This document shows positions 23,584 to 24,000 of a stretch of DNA of 24,000 nucleotides, piece after piece (position 1 is the stretch's first letter; each line of letters begins with the position of its first letter). Source of the stretch: Cyanobacteria bacterium QS_8_64_29 (lineage in GTDB: Bacteria > Cyanobacteriota > Cyanobacteriia > Cyanobacteriales > Rubidibacteraceae); NCBI GenBank assembly GCA_003022125.1, contig PXQH01000069.1, positions 1-24,000 of the forward strand, in the 5' to 3' direction. The notes under the pieces are model-generated. The model was not told the origin of the DNA. It saw only the letters and a list, made by a program, of their open reading frames with translations, and made no database searches. A program made the translations under genes and the position numbers.

Positions 23584-24000
23584 ATGCCACTGCAACCCGC
23601 GGACCTGAAACAGTTCCAGCCTGGGGACGCGCTCACCGTGACGGTGGAGCGCTTTGGCAACAAGTATTTGGGCGAGACCTCCCTGGGCGGCAAAACCGTG
23701 CTGGTTCCAGCGGCCCTGCCCGGCGAGACGATCCGCGGCGAGGTGCTGCGCAACTGGGAGCGGCGGTTGCTGCTGCATCCGGTCGAGGTGCTGGATCCCA
23801 GCCCGGATCGGGTCGAGCCGCAGTGCCGGCACTTTGGTACCTGCGCCGGGTGCCAGTTCCAGCACCTAGCCTACGAGCGCCAGCTCGAGCTCAAGCGATC
23901 GCGCCTGGAAGCTTATTTTGAAGGCGACGAAGCAGTCTCGCCGCTGCCGCTGCGCGGCGTCATTGGCTCGCCCCAGCCCTACGGCTATCGCAACAACATC
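23584..24000 (+). CDS. RumA/TrmA-family 23S rRNA (uracil-5-)-methyltransferase, 5' part (runs off the window end)
   Basis: This is my own translation from the ATG at 23584; it is absent from the ORF track because no stop lies in the window. The sequence is MPLQPADLKQFQPGDALTVTVERFGNKYLGETSLGGKTVLVPAALPGETIRGEVL... (TRAM domain), then EPQCRHFGTCAGCQFQHLAYERQLELK (4Fe-4S Cys cluster) and PYGYRNN. Confidence 0.85.
   Translation, partial: MPLQPADLKQFQPGDALTVTVERFGNKYLGETSLGGKTVLVPAALPGETIRGEVLRNWERRLLLHPVEVLDPSPDRVEPQCRHFGTCAGCQFQHLAYERQLELKRSRLEAYFEGDEAVSPLPLRGVIGSPQPYGYRNNI

Noticed and set aside
1-24000. CRISPR arrays, tRNA/rRNA genes, and an integration-target tRNA near the integrase remnant
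   Set aside because: By eye I saw no regularly spaced direct repeats, no GTTCGAATC-type T-arm with a cloverleaf context, and no rRNA-like segments. The only tandem or dispersed repeats are those listed as features. A tRNAscan or Infernal run would be the definitive check.

Overview
The window looks like cyanobacterial chromosome. G+C is high, the HIP1 octamer GCGATCGC recurs throughout (e.g. 1098-1105, 2600-2607, 2833-2840, 14931-14938), and the gene set is typical: an SLH/OprB porin, KtrAB, a PBS-lyase-type HEAT-repeat protein and a lumenal pentapeptide-repeat protein. Both flanks (1-5927 and about 13060-24000) are densely packed housekeeping genes: argC, ribBA, a GH15-like hydrolase translationally coupled to an NhaP-type Na+/H+ antiporter, an Nfu_N-like protein, ktrB-ktrA, queA, yraN, the pentapeptide protein, dnaG, an SH3b membrane protein, the HEAT-repeat protein, an HtrA/Deg protease, and the 5' part of a RumA/TrmA-type RNA methyltransferase. 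Between them, about 5928-13000, lies an accessory patch. By eye it has lower G+C, and I found no HIP1 sites in it except two inside the porin gene. Its contents are listed below.
- A two-gene cassette at 6051-6958: a DUF4065/Panacea-domain protein followed 9 nt later by an unrecognised 127-aa protein with two C-terminal TM helices.
- Three copies of a 104-bp MITE-like repeat, two of them forming a 217-bp inverted dimer. Each locus abuts a broken gene (an ArsN2-like GNAT and a DUF488/YeaO-like gene).
- A frameshifted XRE-type HTH gene.
- Two paralogous small secreted Cys-pair proteins, one of them frameshifted.
- A tyrosine-recombinase remnant.
- The SLH-OprB porin.
- sugE/gdx.

The best candidate for an undescribed system is the Panacea-domain plus 2-TM pair, read as a PanA/PanT-like toxin-antitoxin or abortive-infection module with a novel membrane effector. 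All calls come from reading the translated ORFs and the DNA by eye. No searches or computations were run.
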